From positions 1 through 40,021 of the forward strand of contig JBDKJW010000001.1 in the NCBI GenBank assembly GCA_039796395.1: a stretch of 40,021 nt of DNA, written 5' to 3'. This document shows positions 28,137 through 37,414 of the stretch, in pieces. The notes beneath the pieces are model-generated. The model was not told the DNA's origin. It saw only the letters and a list, made by a program, of their open reading frames with translations, and ran no database searches. A program made the translations under genes and the position numbers. Within the stretch, counting starts at the first letter, position 1. Every line of letters begins with the position of its first letter. The stretch is from Bacteroidota bacterium (GTDB lineage: Bacteria > Bacteroidota > Bacteroidia > Chitinophagales > Chitinophagaceae).

Positions 28137-28763
28137 ATGAAGATTTTAATTGCAGATGATCATACGCTTATACGCGAAGGATTAAAGAAAATATTGCTAG
28201 AATCACTTCCTTTTGCAGAAATACATGATGTAGCTGATTCTGCTGATTTATTTAAGCGGGCTATAAAAGAAACCTGGGATATTATTATTTCAGATATTAG
28301 CATGCCAGGCTACTCGGGGATTGAAATTCTAAAACAGATTAAGACGCACGCCCCAGGTACACCGGTTTTAATGTTAAGTATGCATTCTCCTGAACAATAT
28401 GCTGTACGCGCTATAAAGGCGGGTGCTTCTGGCTATTTAACCAAAGAAAGTGCGCCTTATGAACTCGTTACAGCCGTACAGCAAATATTGAATGGCAGGA
28501 AGTATATTACGAATAAAGTGGCTGAGGTTTTGGCTGGCTCTCTAGAGATTGATAGTTCTAAACTGCCCCACGAAAACTTATCTGATAGGGAATTTGAAGT
28601 GCTTAAAATGATAGTAGAAGGAAAAACAATTTCTGTAATCGGTGAATGTCTTTCCTTAAATGTAAATACGATTAGCACCTATCGTTCACGTATTATGGAT
28701 AAAATGAATATAAGGAATAATGCCGACCTTGTAAAGTATGCTATTGAGCATAAACTATTCTAA
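28137..28763 (+). CDS. NarL/UvrY-type response regulator (REC + LuxR HTH)
   Basis: IADDH, SDISMPG, GASGYLTK and LSDREFEVL...TISTYRSRIMDKM. Confidence 0.95.
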   Translation: MKILIADDHTLIREGLKKILLESLPFAEIHDVADSADLFKRAIKETWDIIISDISMPGYSGIEILKQIKTHAPGTPVLMLSMHSPEQYAVRAIKAGASGYLTKESAPYELVTAVQQILNGRKYITNKVAEVLAGSLEIDSSKLPHENLSDREFEVLKMIVEGKTISVIGECLSLNVNTISTYRSRIMDKMNIRNNADLVKYAIEHKLF

Positions 28764-28775
28764 TAAATTGCCAAT

Positions 28776-28793
28776 TGTAGTATGGTAACTACA
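28776..28793. promoter_or_regulatory. 18-bp palindrome, candidate NarL/GacA-type operator
   Basis: TGTAGT-N6-ACTACA has the same geometry as the GacA/UvrY box TGTAAG-N6-CTTACA. Confidence 0.5.
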
Positions 28794-28795
28794 TG

Positions 28796-28827
28796 AGCTT
28801 TGTAGAGCAGTCTACAAGGCTTTTTTT
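28796..28827 (+). terminator. Intrinsic terminator-like hairpin
   Basis: AGCTTTGTAGA-GCAG-TCTACAAGGCT followed by a T run. Confidence 0.65.
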
Positions 28828-28852
28828 ATAGCTATAGTATCTTGCTGGCAGA

Positions 28853-29245
28853 ATGATCCAAATGCTTACAAATTCGCCCCAGATATTAATTGTTGATGAT
28901 GCTCCTTTTATTTTGGAAAGACTGACATTATTAATTAGTGAGTATTCTCCAGATTGCTATGTTAGATCTGCGGTTACTGCCGAAGATGGATTATTGCTAT
29001 TTGAAGAAACAATCCCCGATATTCTAATTCTAGATATAAACCTGCCTGGGATGAATGGAATTGAAATGCTCAAACGTATCCGCAAAAATTCCAGCGCTAA
29101 GCCAATTATTATCATGCTAACTAATAATACAATCGCAGATTATAGAGAAGCTTGCCTAGCACTTGGTGCAAATTATTTTTTAGATAAGTCAAAAGACTTT
29201 CTAATGCTTACCACTGTAATTGATGAAGTCATAAAATTCAAATAG
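28853..29245 (+). CDS. Single-domain response regulator
   Basis: IVDD, LDINLPGMNG, MLTN and FLDKS. No output domain. Confidence 0.92.
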   Translation: MIQMLTNSPQILIVDDAPFILERLTLLISEYSPDCYVRSAVTAEDGLLLFEETIPDILILDINLPGMNGIEMLKRIRKNSSAKPIIIMLTNNTIADYREACLALGANYFLDKSKDFLMLTTVIDEVIKFK

Positions 29246-29251
29246 CTGCAC

Positions 29252-31108
29252 ATGCGATATCCTTATACACTTGATAAAAATATTTCACCACTTCTTCAAT
29301 CCAATAGTCATTATGTAATTACTACCGATTTGCAGGGTAATATTACCTATACAAATGAAGCATTTCAGCGCAGGTGTCAGATTCTTGGTGAATCAATGGT
29401 AGACATAAATTTCGATGCATTAGTGGATACAGCAGATTGTGTTCAATTTAAACAAGCTATACGTAAGTGTACACATGAACATGCAAATGGTGTAACTATC
29501 CAATATAAATCTTTACAGGGCAACGGCGGAAAGTCGTTTGTAAATTATGAATTGAGCTTAATCAAAGACAAAAAGGATAAGCCAATTGCGGTAATCCAAA
29601 TTGGTAAAGAAGGGGCATTAACAGTTGCACATAGTATAGTTGATAAGCCTAATGGGAGAATGGTTTCTATTGAAGATGGGTATAAAGGAGAATGGTTCCG
29701 AGATATAGCCGATCATATGCCAGATATGATGTGGCTGTCTGATGAAATGCACAATATGAACTTTGTTAATACATCTTGGCTGCAATTTACAGGAACAGCA
29801 TTGGAAGATGAATTAGGGGCAGGATGGTTACAAGCAATACATCCAGAAGATCTACAATTTGTTTTAGACGAGCGTAAAATGGCCTTTCAAAAACAAATTA
29901 GCTATAATATAACTTTTCGATTTCGCAAACGTGATGGCAGTTATCGATGGTTAACCCAAAAAGGGAACCCGCTGTATAATAAATTGGGCGAATTTTTAGG
30001 ATACGCAGGAACCTGTTTAGACATCACACCTGTTAAAGAAGCGCAGCTGCAAATAAAACGGCAACAGGAGTTAATGGAGAATACAAAAATTGAATTTGGA
30101 AAGTTTACGAAAATTGCACAGAAAATTAGTAGTATAGTTATTCTTTGTAATCCGGAAAATCAAATTACATGGGTGAATGATGCTTTTGTAAAAGTAACAG
30201 GCTTTAGCATGCGTGAAGTAATGGGCAAAAAACCTGGTAGCTTTTTGAAAGGAGCAGAAACCAATAAAGAAACGCTACAAAAAATTAAACGTGTAATTGA
30301 ACAGGGGAGAGGTATAAGATCAGAAGTATTGTATTATACTAAAAGTGGATCTAAGCTATGGTTAGATATTATGATAGAAACCATTTACGACAAGGATGGA
30401 AATATTACCGGAAATATAACCATACAAAAAGATATTACACTCAAAAAAGTATCAGAGAAAGAGGTACAGGAGCAAATGGCTCACTTAAAGAAAATTTCAT
30501 TTATTACTTCACATGAATTAAGACATGAATTCTCTAAAATATTACAACTTATACAAACCGCTAAGTTTCAGGATAATAATGTATACACGTATTCTCAAAT
30601 ATTTTTAGAAGTAGAGAAATCTGCAAATTTGATGAATGATGCTATTTATAAGCTGAACGATCAAATAAACTTTGCGTCTACAAGCAGTATTTCCTTAAAT
30701 AAATATCTATTAAACCAGGCAATTGAAGAAATATGTTTAGTTGATGATGATCATTTGGTTAATAAATTAAATGGGTTAATTATTAAGAATGTAATGCCAA
30801 GTTTACCTGTTCATTCATTTGATGATATCGATGATGCCTTACGATATGTGAGAGAGAATCCAAATTTGAAAAGAAAGATTTTCCTCGACTTGAATTTTGT
30901 TGGTCGCTCGGGCTGGGATTTTTTAAAAGAATATGAAAAAATGAGTCAGCCTTGGCCAGTAATTATTCTAACTTCTTCTATTGATCATAACGATTATGAA
31001 AAATCTAAAAAATATAGTAATGTAACACACTTTATAACCAAGCCATTAACCATTGAGCAGTTTGAAAAATTAAGTGAGTTAGAAGTGGCGTATAGTCATG
31101 CCGACTAA
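29252..31108 (+). CDS. 3xPAS-DHp(HisKA-like)-receiver protein lacking a HATPase domain
   Basis: Three PAS domains, H-box ISFITSHELRHEF and REC (LVDDD, FLDLNF, LTSS, TKPL). No ATP-binding boxes. Confidence 0.85.
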   Translation: MRYPYTLDKNISPLLQSNSHYVITTDLQGNITYTNEAFQRRCQILGESMVDINFDALVDTADCVQFKQAIRKCTHEHANGVTIQYKSLQGNGGKSFVNYELSLIKDKKDKPIAVIQIGKEGALTVAHSIVDKPNGRMVSIEDGYKGEWFRDIADHMPDMMWLSDEMHNMNFVNTSWLQFTGTALEDELGAGWLQAIHPEDLQFVLDERKMAFQKQISYNITFRFRKRDGSYRWLTQKGNPLYNKLGEFLGYAGTCLDITPVKEAQLQIKRQQELMENTKIEFGKFTKIAQKISSIVILCNPENQITWVNDAFVKVTGFSMREVMGKKPGSFLKGAETNKETLQKIKRVIEQGRGIRSEVLYYTKSGSKLWLDIMIETIYDKDGNITGNITIQKDITLKKVSEKEVQEQMAHLKKISFITSHELRHEFSKILQLIQTAKFQDNNVYTYSQIFLEVEKSANLMNDAIYKLNDQINFASTSSISLNKYLLNQAIEEICLVDDDHLVNKLNGLIIKNVMPSLPVHSFDDIDDALRYVRENPNLKRKIFLDLNFVGRSGWDFLKEYEKMSQPWPVIILTSSIDHNDYEKSKKYSNVTHFITKPLTIEQFEKLSELEVAYSHAD

Positions 31109-31111
31109 ATT

Positions 31112-32050
31112 TTAAATTCCCGTATCCGCTTGTTTTTTTTGTGTTTGCCAACCAATTAATACCACCCCGGCAATCACCAATATTGTTCCTGCAATTTGCA
31201 GGAACAATATTTTTTCTCCTAAAAAAAAGTATGCTTGTATAATTGTTGATACCGGACCAATACTGGTAATAATTGATACATTATTACTGCCAATTCTTTT
31301 CATACCTAAGCTCATCAAGAATGATGGAATTACCGTGGCAATAAGGGCAAGTGCAATAGCATAATAGATAAGGGTTGTTGTAAATTGAATATTGCTTACA
31401 GATCTTGTACAAGCAAAATGAATAAATACCCCAGTGCTAGCGGCCAGCATGGCATAGGCTGTATAACGTGTGGCGCCAGCTGCTTGTACCAGCCTACCAG
31501 TTCCCACTAAGTAAAAAGAATAAGTGATGGCGCACAAAAAAATCATCCAAGAGCCATAGTAAAATCCAGGCGTATTAAAATCTGTTTGCATTTCTGCAAA
31601 ATAGGCAATACCAATGCCTGTATATGAAAGCGCCAAAGCTATGATTTGAAGCTTCTTTAATGCGGTTTTAAAAATAAATGTATTGAGCAATACGGCAAAT
31701 GTTGGATAGAGGAATAATATCAATCTTTCTAAACCCGCAGATACATATTGTAATCCTATAAAATCGAATAAACTACTCAAGTAATAACCAAAAATGCCTA
31801 ATACAATAATCCAGACTATTTGTTTTTTTGATAAGGGTGTTAGGGTTGCTTTTCTATTTCCGATCCATGCAGCTACTAAATAAAAAGGCAGGGAGAAAAG
31901 CATCCTTAATGCTAATAAACTAATTGCATCAATATTTGTTTCTTTAAAAGCTAATTTCACCAAAATCGCTTTGGTAGAAAAAAGGATTGCACCGCTAAGG
32001 GCAAAAATAAAACCCGCTAGTAAATATGATTTTTGCGCTGTATTATTCAT
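31112..32050 (-). CDS. EamA/DMT family transporter
   Basis: About 10 hydrophobic helices with DFIGLQYVSAGLERLILFLYP and FFLGEK. Confidence 0.92.
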   Translation of the reverse strand: MNNTAQKSYLLAGFIFALSGAILFSTKAILVKLAFKETNIDAISLLALRMLFSLPFYLVAAWIGNRKATLTPLSKKQIVWIIVLGIFGYYLSSLFDFIGLQYVSAGLERLILFLYPTFAVLLNTFIFKTALKKLQIIALALSYTGIGIAYFAEMQTDFNTPGFYYGSWMIFLCAITYSFYLVGTGRLVQAAGATRYTAYAMLAASTGVFIHFACTRSVSNIQFTTTLIYYAIALALIATVIPSFLMSLGMKRIGSNNVSIITSIGPVSTIIQAYFFLGEKILFLQIAGTILVIAGVVLIGWQTQKKQADTGI

Positions 32051-32051
32051 G

Positions 32052-32861
32052 CTAAACGCTCACATTGAAATCTCTAAGCGCATCGTTTAAACTTGTTTTT
32101 AAATCTGTACTTGGCTTTCTTTGTCCGATAATAAGGGCACAACTTACATGGTATTCACCGGCATTAAATTTCTTTGTATAACTACCTGGTATTACTACAC
32201 TTCTCGCAGGCACCCTGCCTCTCATTTCAATGGGTGAATCTCCACTTACATCGATGATTTTTGTTGATTGCGTGAGTACAACATTTGCACCAAGTACTGC
32301 TTCTTTTTCTACAATTACGCCTTCAACCACAATACAACGACTGCCGATAAAGCAACCATCTTCAATTATAACCGGACTAGCCTGCAAAGGTTCTAATACA
32401 CCCCCAATGCCAACGCCGCCACTTAAATGAACATGTTTACCGATTTGGGCGCAGCTACCAACGGTAGCCCAAGTATCAACCATACTGCCTTCATCTACAT
32501 ACGCACCAATATTTACATAGCTGGGCATGAGCACTACATTTTTCGCAATATAAGCGCCATAACGCGCTGTAGCAGGAGGCACTGCACGTACACCAAGTTC
32601 TTTATAGTTGTTTTTAAGCAACATTTTGTCGTAAAATTCAAAAGGAGGTGCATCCCAGGTTTGCATTTGTTGGATTCCAAAATAGAGTAGAATGGCTTGT
32701 TTTACCCATTCATTTACTACCCAACCATTCGTACTTGGTTCAGCAACTCTGAGCTCACCTTTATCAATCTTTTCAATAGTTGCTTTTACTGCATCTACAT
32801 AAATTGGGTCTTTCAATAATTCTCTATTGGCAAATGCCGCAATGATCTGCTCTTTCTGCAT
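32052..32861 (-). CDS. dapD: 2,3,4,5-tetrahydropyridine-2,6-dicarboxylate N-succinyltransferase
   Basis: WVVNEWVKQAILLYF, MPSYVNIGAYVD, DTWATVGSCAQIG and GGVLEP. Confidence 0.97.
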   Translation of the reverse strand: MQKEQIIAAFANRELLKDPIYVDAVKATIEKIDKGELRVAEPSTNGWVVNEWVKQAILLYFGIQQMQTWDAPPFEFYDKMLLKNNYKELGVRAVPPATARYGAYIAKNVVLMPSYVNIGAYVDEGSMVDTWATVGSCAQIGKHVHLSGGVGIGGVLEPLQASPVIIEDGCFIGSRCIVVEGVIVEKEAVLGANVVLTQSTKIIDVSGDSPIEMRGRVPARSVVIPGSYTKKFNAGEYHVSCALIIGQRKPSTDLKTSLNDALRDFNVSV

Positions 32862-33138
32862 GCGTTTTTTCAGTAAAAATAAGACTTACGCGTCATTTAT
32901 GAATAATTAAGTAAAATAACATTAGCCCTTCGGCTATCCTATTTGATACTATTCAATGTTGCCCAATGATATTATTTTTTTTATCTCAAAATAATGTAGA
33001 TAAAGAAGGATAAAATGGTAGTAATTGCTGAATAGTCGATATCATTTATGAAATTTAATTTCTTCTTTTGTTGAAGCAAGCTCACTATCATTTGGGAAAC
33101 GAGTATTGCATATTATTCACAATAATTTTTTCAGTGAA

Positions 33139-33351
33139 ATGACAACCACCCTATCTTCCGTTACTAAAATAAAGAAGCAACCCCTTTTGAAGAGCGTTCT
33201 TAAAGTGGGTGTTTCTACACAGGTCATTAATATGGAGAATATACCCATAAAAAAATCTGTGAGTTGGCGATATCGGCGACTAAAACAGCTATCAAAACGC
33301 TTTATTTTGTTTGATTGGGAATTTAATAGCAACGAATTAGAGTACGAGTAA
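33139..33351 (+). CDS. Small hypothetical protein (70 aa)
   Basis: ATG33139 is in frame, and the ORF ends 13 nt before the GT9 gene. No recognisable motif. Confidence 0.4.
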   Translation: MTTTLSSVTKIKKQPLLKSVLKVGVSTQVINMENIPIKKSVSWRYRRLKQLSKRFILFDWEFNSNELEYE

Positions 33352-33364
33352 GTAAATTTGTGGC

Positions 33365-34363
33365 ATGCCCCGCGTGCTCATTATTCAAACCGCTTTTATT
33401 GGCGATGTTGTTTTAGCAACCGCTTTGTTGGAATCAGTCCATCAATTATTCCCAAATGATCGAATTGATTTTGCTCTTCGAAAGGGTAATGAACATTTGT
33501 TTGCGGCGCATCCTTTTTTGAATGAAATAATAATCTGGGATAAACAAAATGATAAGTATGGTTCTTTAATACGTGTATTAGGTACGATCCGGAAAAACAA
33601 GTATGATATTGTTATTAATCTGCAACGCTATGCTGCTACGGGTTTTTTAACTGCTTTTTCGGGGGCAAAAAATACAATTGGATTCAATAAAAATCCTTTT
33701 AGTTTTTTGTTCAAGCAAGTGGTGAAGCATGAAATGAACAATTTGGAGAACCCCTTACATGAAACCCAAAGGAATCATCTTTTGCTTTCTTCATTTCCCG
33801 CTGCAAAATTAGCACAACCTCGTTTATATCCTTCTGAAAAAGATTATGCCCAGGTATTGGAGTTTAAAAGAAAACCATATATCGTTGTGGCGCCCTCTTC
33901 TGTTTGGTTTACAAAACAGTACCCTGCTCACAAATGGGCCGATTTCTTGGAAATGGTGCCCGATGAATTTGCTATAATAATTGTTGGGGCACCTTCAGAC
34001 CAAGCCGTGAGTACATATATTGTATCGTTACTGCCTGCCAAAAATGTGATCGATCTTACTGGTAAGCTCTCATTCTTAGCCTCAGCAGCCTTGATGCAAG
34101 ATGCGCAAATGAACTATGTAAATGATTCGGCACCTATGCATTTTTGTTCAGCAGTAAATGCACCTGTTGCAGCCATTTATTGTTCAACCATACCTGCTTT
34201 TGGTTACGGACCCCTATCTACCCAGCGTTTCATTATAGAAACTAAACAACCATTACAATGCCGCCCTTGCGGATTGCATGGGAAAGTTGCTTGTCCGTAC
34301 GGCCATTTTAACTGTGCTGAAACCATATCCGCACAGCAATTATTAACTGTTTTACCAGCTTAA
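33365..34363 (+). CDS. Glycosyltransferase family 9 (heptosyltransferase-like)
   Basis: IQTAFIGDVVL, PSSVWFTK, NDSAPMH and CRPCGLHG...CP.GHFNC. Confidence 0.93.
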   Translation: MPRVLIIQTAFIGDVVLATALLESVHQLFPNDRIDFALRKGNEHLFAAHPFLNEIIIWDKQNDKYGSLIRVLGTIRKNKYDIVINLQRYAATGFLTAFSGAKNTIGFNKNPFSFLFKQVVKHEMNNLENPLHETQRNHLLLSSFPAAKLAQPRLYPSEKDYAQVLEFKRKPYIVVAPSSVWFTKQYPAHKWADFLEMVPDEFAIIIVGAPSDQAVSTYIVSLLPAKNVIDLTGKLSFLASAALMQDAQMNYVNDSAPMHFCSAVNAPVAAIYCSTIPAFGYGPLSTQRFIIETKQPLQCRPCGLHGKVACPYGHFNCAETISAQQLLTVLPA

Positions 34364-34385
34364 ACAAACACGTACCTTTGCGGCC

Positions 34386-35804
34386 ATGAACTTGGTGTTT
34401 ACAGATAAAGAGCAGCAATTATTTTCAAGTATTGGAGCCGTAGCTGACAATATGGGTATGCCTTGCTATTTAATTGGGGGGTATGTGCGTGATAAAATAT
34501 TGAACCGGATTGTAAAAGATGCGGATATTGTGTGTAGTGGAGATGGTATTGAATTAGCGCAAGCTTTTGCCAAAACACTTAAGCCAATACCTCCTGTTGC
34601 ATTTTTTAAAAACTTTGGTACTGCACAAGTAAAGTGGGGTGATTTCGAGATAGAATTTGTGGGGGCTAGAAAAGAAAGCTATTTGGAACATAGCCGCAAA
34701 CCCACTGTAGAAGCGGGCACTTTACATGATGATCAATTACGAAGAGATTTCACAATAAATGCATTGGCAATTTGTCTGAATCAAAACAAGTTTGGTGAAT
34801 TTATCGATCCATTTGAGGGATTGAAAGCCATTGAAGAAAAAAAGATTCAAACACCTTTGGCCCCAGTACAAACATTTAGTGATGATCCATTACGGATGCT
34901 TCGTGCTATTAGATTTGCAACTCAATTAGGCTTTTATATAGAATCAACAACATTTGAGGCGATTAAAGAAAGCGCCCACCGTATTCATATTATTTCTCAA
35001 GAACGTATTACTGATGAGTTAAATAAAATAATGTGTTGTGAGAGGCCCTCTATTGGATGGGATTTATTATTTCAATCGGGATTATTAAAATATATCTTTC
35101 CTCAAATGCTCGATTTGCATGGCGCGGAATATATTGATGGTAAAGGACATAAAGATAATTTCTATCATACGCTCCAGGTACTCGATAATATTGCACCCAA
35201 TACCGATAATCTTTGGTTAAGATGGGCAGCACTATTGCATGATATAGGTAAGCCTGCTACTAAAAAGTTTGAAGAAGGACATGGCTATACTTTCCACGGT
35301 CATGAAGTAGTGGGGGCACGTATGGTGCCAAAAATATTTGCCAAATTAAAGTTGCCTTTACATGAGCCTATGCGCTATGTACAAAAACTGGTATTGTTGC
35401 ATTTACGCCCCATTAGTTTAACCAAAGAGAGTATAACAGATAGTGCGATCAGAAGATTATTATTTGATGCAGGAGAAGATATAGACGATTTGATGACGCT
35501 TTGTTCGGCAGATATCACCAGTAAGAATAAACAGAAAGTTAAACGCTACCTCAGTAATTTTGAATTGGTGAAAGAAAAAATGGCAGCAGTAGAAGAAAGT
35601 GATAGAATTAGAAACTGGCAACCACCTATAAGTGGAGAAATGATCATGGATCTCTTTGGATTAACACCCGGAAAGTATGTTGGTATTATTAAAGACGCTA
35701 TCCGTGAAGCAATACTAGATGGCATCATTCCTAATCAGTTGGAGGCAGCGCAACAATTTATGATTGAAAAAGCAGCTACATTAGGACTAAAACCAGTTAA
35801 ATAA
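34386..35804 (+). CDS. cca: CCA-adding tRNA nucleotidyltransferase with HD domain
   Basis: GGYVRD..DAD, RRDFTINA, DDPLRMLRAIRF and LLHDIGKP. Confidence 0.92.
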   Translation: MNLVFTDKEQQLFSSIGAVADNMGMPCYLIGGYVRDKILNRIVKDADIVCSGDGIELAQAFAKTLKPIPPVAFFKNFGTAQVKWGDFEIEFVGARKESYLEHSRKPTVEAGTLHDDQLRRDFTINALAICLNQNKFGEFIDPFEGLKAIEEKKIQTPLAPVQTFSDDPLRMLRAIRFATQLGFYIESTTFEAIKESAHRIHIISQERITDELNKIMCCERPSIGWDLLFQSGLLKYIFPQMLDLHGAEYIDGKGHKDNFYHTLQVLDNIAPNTDNLWLRWAALLHDIGKPATKKFEEGHGYTFHGHEVVGARMVPKIFAKLKLPLHEPMRYVQKLVLLHLRPISLTKESITDSAIRRLLFDAGEDIDDLMTLCSADITSKNKQKVKRYLSNFELVKEKMAAVEESDRIRNWQPPISGEMIMDLFGLTPGKYVGIIKDAIREAILDGIIPNQLEAAQQFMIEKAATLGLKPVK

Positions 35805-35838
35805 TTATTATTTTGCAGCATAACCCCAACCCCTTGCA

Positions 35839-36411
35839 ATGGCTATTTTAAAATTTAGAATTTATTTAGAAGAAGATGATGCAGTTTACAGAGATATTGT
35901 AATTAAGCACACTCAAAATTTTCAAGATTTACATTTTGCTATTTTGAAATCGTATGAGTTTGATACTAAACATCAAGCTACTTTTTATAGAAGTAATGAT
36001 AATTGGCAGCGTGGTAGAGAAATAAGTTTTGATGTATATGAGAAAAATTATCGTGCACAGCCTTTACTGATGCACGAAACTGTGATTGGCTCAGAAATAC
36101 AGGATACGAATCAGAAATTTGTGTATGAGTACGATTTTGTAAAACACTGGACTTTTCTCGTGGCACTTATTAATGTTACTAAGGAAGAAAATAGTAGGAT
36201 TAGTTATCCTTCTATTACCAGAACAGAGGGAATTGGACCACAACAATATGGTACGAAGAGTTTGTTGGGAGATAAGTTTGCAGATATTGAAGAAAAATAT
36301 GATTTAGCTGATGCAACCGATGGTTTTGGTGAGGAGGGTGAGGAATCAGCTGATGATACAGGTGATGGAGAAGATATAGGCGGTGAGGAGGAGAATAGCC
36401 ATGAATTCTAA
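35839..36411 (+). CDS. pRiA4b ORF-3-like (IS1096 passenger TnpR-like) protein with acidic tail
   Basis: VYRDI, DLHFAI...F and YEYDF..W.F motifs, with a D/E-rich C-terminus. Confidence 0.75.
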   Translation: MAILKFRIYLEEDDAVYRDIVIKHTQNFQDLHFAILKSYEFDTKHQATFYRSNDNWQRGREISFDVYEKNYRAQPLLMHETVIGSEIQDTNQKFVYEYDFVKHWTFLVALINVTKEENSRISYPSITRTEGIGPQQYGTKSLLGDKFADIEEKYDLADATDGFGEEGEESADDTGDGEDIGGEEENSHEF

Positions 36412-37255
36412 TCTATACGTAGGGAAGAAAGTATATATTATTGCTGGTCCAACAGCAGTTGGTAAAACAGCGCAGGCGATTGAATTGGCACAGCAATTAG
36501 GTGCATCCATTATTTCTGCAGACTCTAGGCAATGTTATAAAGAACTGAATATTGGTGTTGCGCGCCCCTCAGCAACAGAGTTGGCCACAGTTCCCCATTA
36601 TTTTGTTGCTACTCATTCCGTTGCAGAAGATATTAATGCCGGCTATTTCGAACAATATGCACTGCAAAAAGTAGCGGATTTATTTCAAGAAAATGATGCG
36701 GTAGTACTGGTAGGGGGTACCGGATTATACATCAAAGCTTTTTGTGAAGGGATCGACCCCATGCCCCTTATCCCTGAAGGTGTGAGAGCGGATATTATTA
36801 ATAACTATCAGCAAAAGGGATTAATTTGGTTACAAGCAGAATTAAAGCATCGAGATCCTTTGTTTTGGAATACTGCAGAGCAACAAAATCCACAACGATT
36901 AATGCGAGCACTCGAAGTATTGAATGCAACAGGTAAATCAATCATGGAATTTCGTTCGGCTGCGAAGAAGCAACGCCCCTTTCAAATAGAAACAAAACTG
37001 CTCGATATGCCGATGGATGTGTTAACAAAACGCATTGATATACGCGTAGATGCAATGGTAGAAGCGGGTTTAGTAGATGAAGTAAAATCGGTGATTGCAT
37101 ACCGGGATAAAACAGCTTTACAAACTGTAGGTTATAAAGAAATATTCGATCATTTAGATGGGAAGATTAGTTTGGATGAAGCCATCCATCAAATTAAAGT
37201 GCATACAAGGCAGTACGCTAAGCGGCAATTAACTTGGTTTAGGAAATATTTGTAA
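36401..37255 (+). CDS. miaA: tRNA dimethylallyltransferase
   Basis: GPTAVGKT, SADSRQ, GGTGLY, VGYKE and TRQYAKRQLTWF. Start placed at ATG36401. Confidence 0.97.
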   Translation: MNSNLYVGKKVYIIAGPTAVGKTAQAIELAQQLGASIISADSRQCYKELNIGVARPSATELATVPHYFVATHSVAEDINAGYFEQYALQKVADLFQENDAVVLVGGTGLYIKAFCEGIDPMPLIPEGVRADIINNYQQKGLIWLQAELKHRDPLFWNTAEQQNPQRLMRALEVLNATGKSIMEFRSAAKKQRPFQIETKLLDMPMDVLTKRIDIRVDAMVEAGLVDEVKSVIAYRDKTALQTVGYKEIFDHLDGKISLDEAIHQIKVHTRQYAKRQLTWFRKYL

Positions 37256-37257
37256 GA

Positions 37258-37414
37258 GAGTCAATAAGAAAGTCGGTAAGCGAGTCAATAAGAAAGTCGG
37301 TAAGCGAGTCAGTAAGAAAGTCGGTAAGCGAGTCAGTAAGTCCGTGAGCCAGTCCGCTTAGCTTTCGGTCTTTCGGACTCCCCGACTGGCTAACGGACTT
37401 TCCTCTGGACTTTC
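37258..37414. repeat. 24-bp tandem repeat (3.5 copies of paired 12-bp subunits) followed by inverted degenerate copies
   Basis: GAGTCARTAAGA-AAGTCGGTAAGC repeats from 37258 to 37341. 37339-37356 can pair with 37382-37399, and GGACTTTCC recurs. Confidence 0.9.

Noticed and set aside
30128-30440. LOV photoreceptor in the third PAS domain
   Set aside because: The GxNCRFLQ motif is replaced by GKKPGSFLKG, so the photoactive Cys is absent.
13462-31111. Integrated genomic island carrying the sulfur and signalling clusters
   Set aside because: The content looks accessory, but I found no integrase, tRNA anchor or flanking direct repeat.
35839-36411. Mobile element suggested by the pRiA4b ORF-3 / IS1096 passenger family name
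   Set aside because: No transposase, terminal repeats or target duplication. The gene sits between cca and miaA and overlaps the miaA start.
37258-37341. Possible CRISPR array
   Set aside because: Units are directly tandem with no unique spacers, and there are no cas genes.
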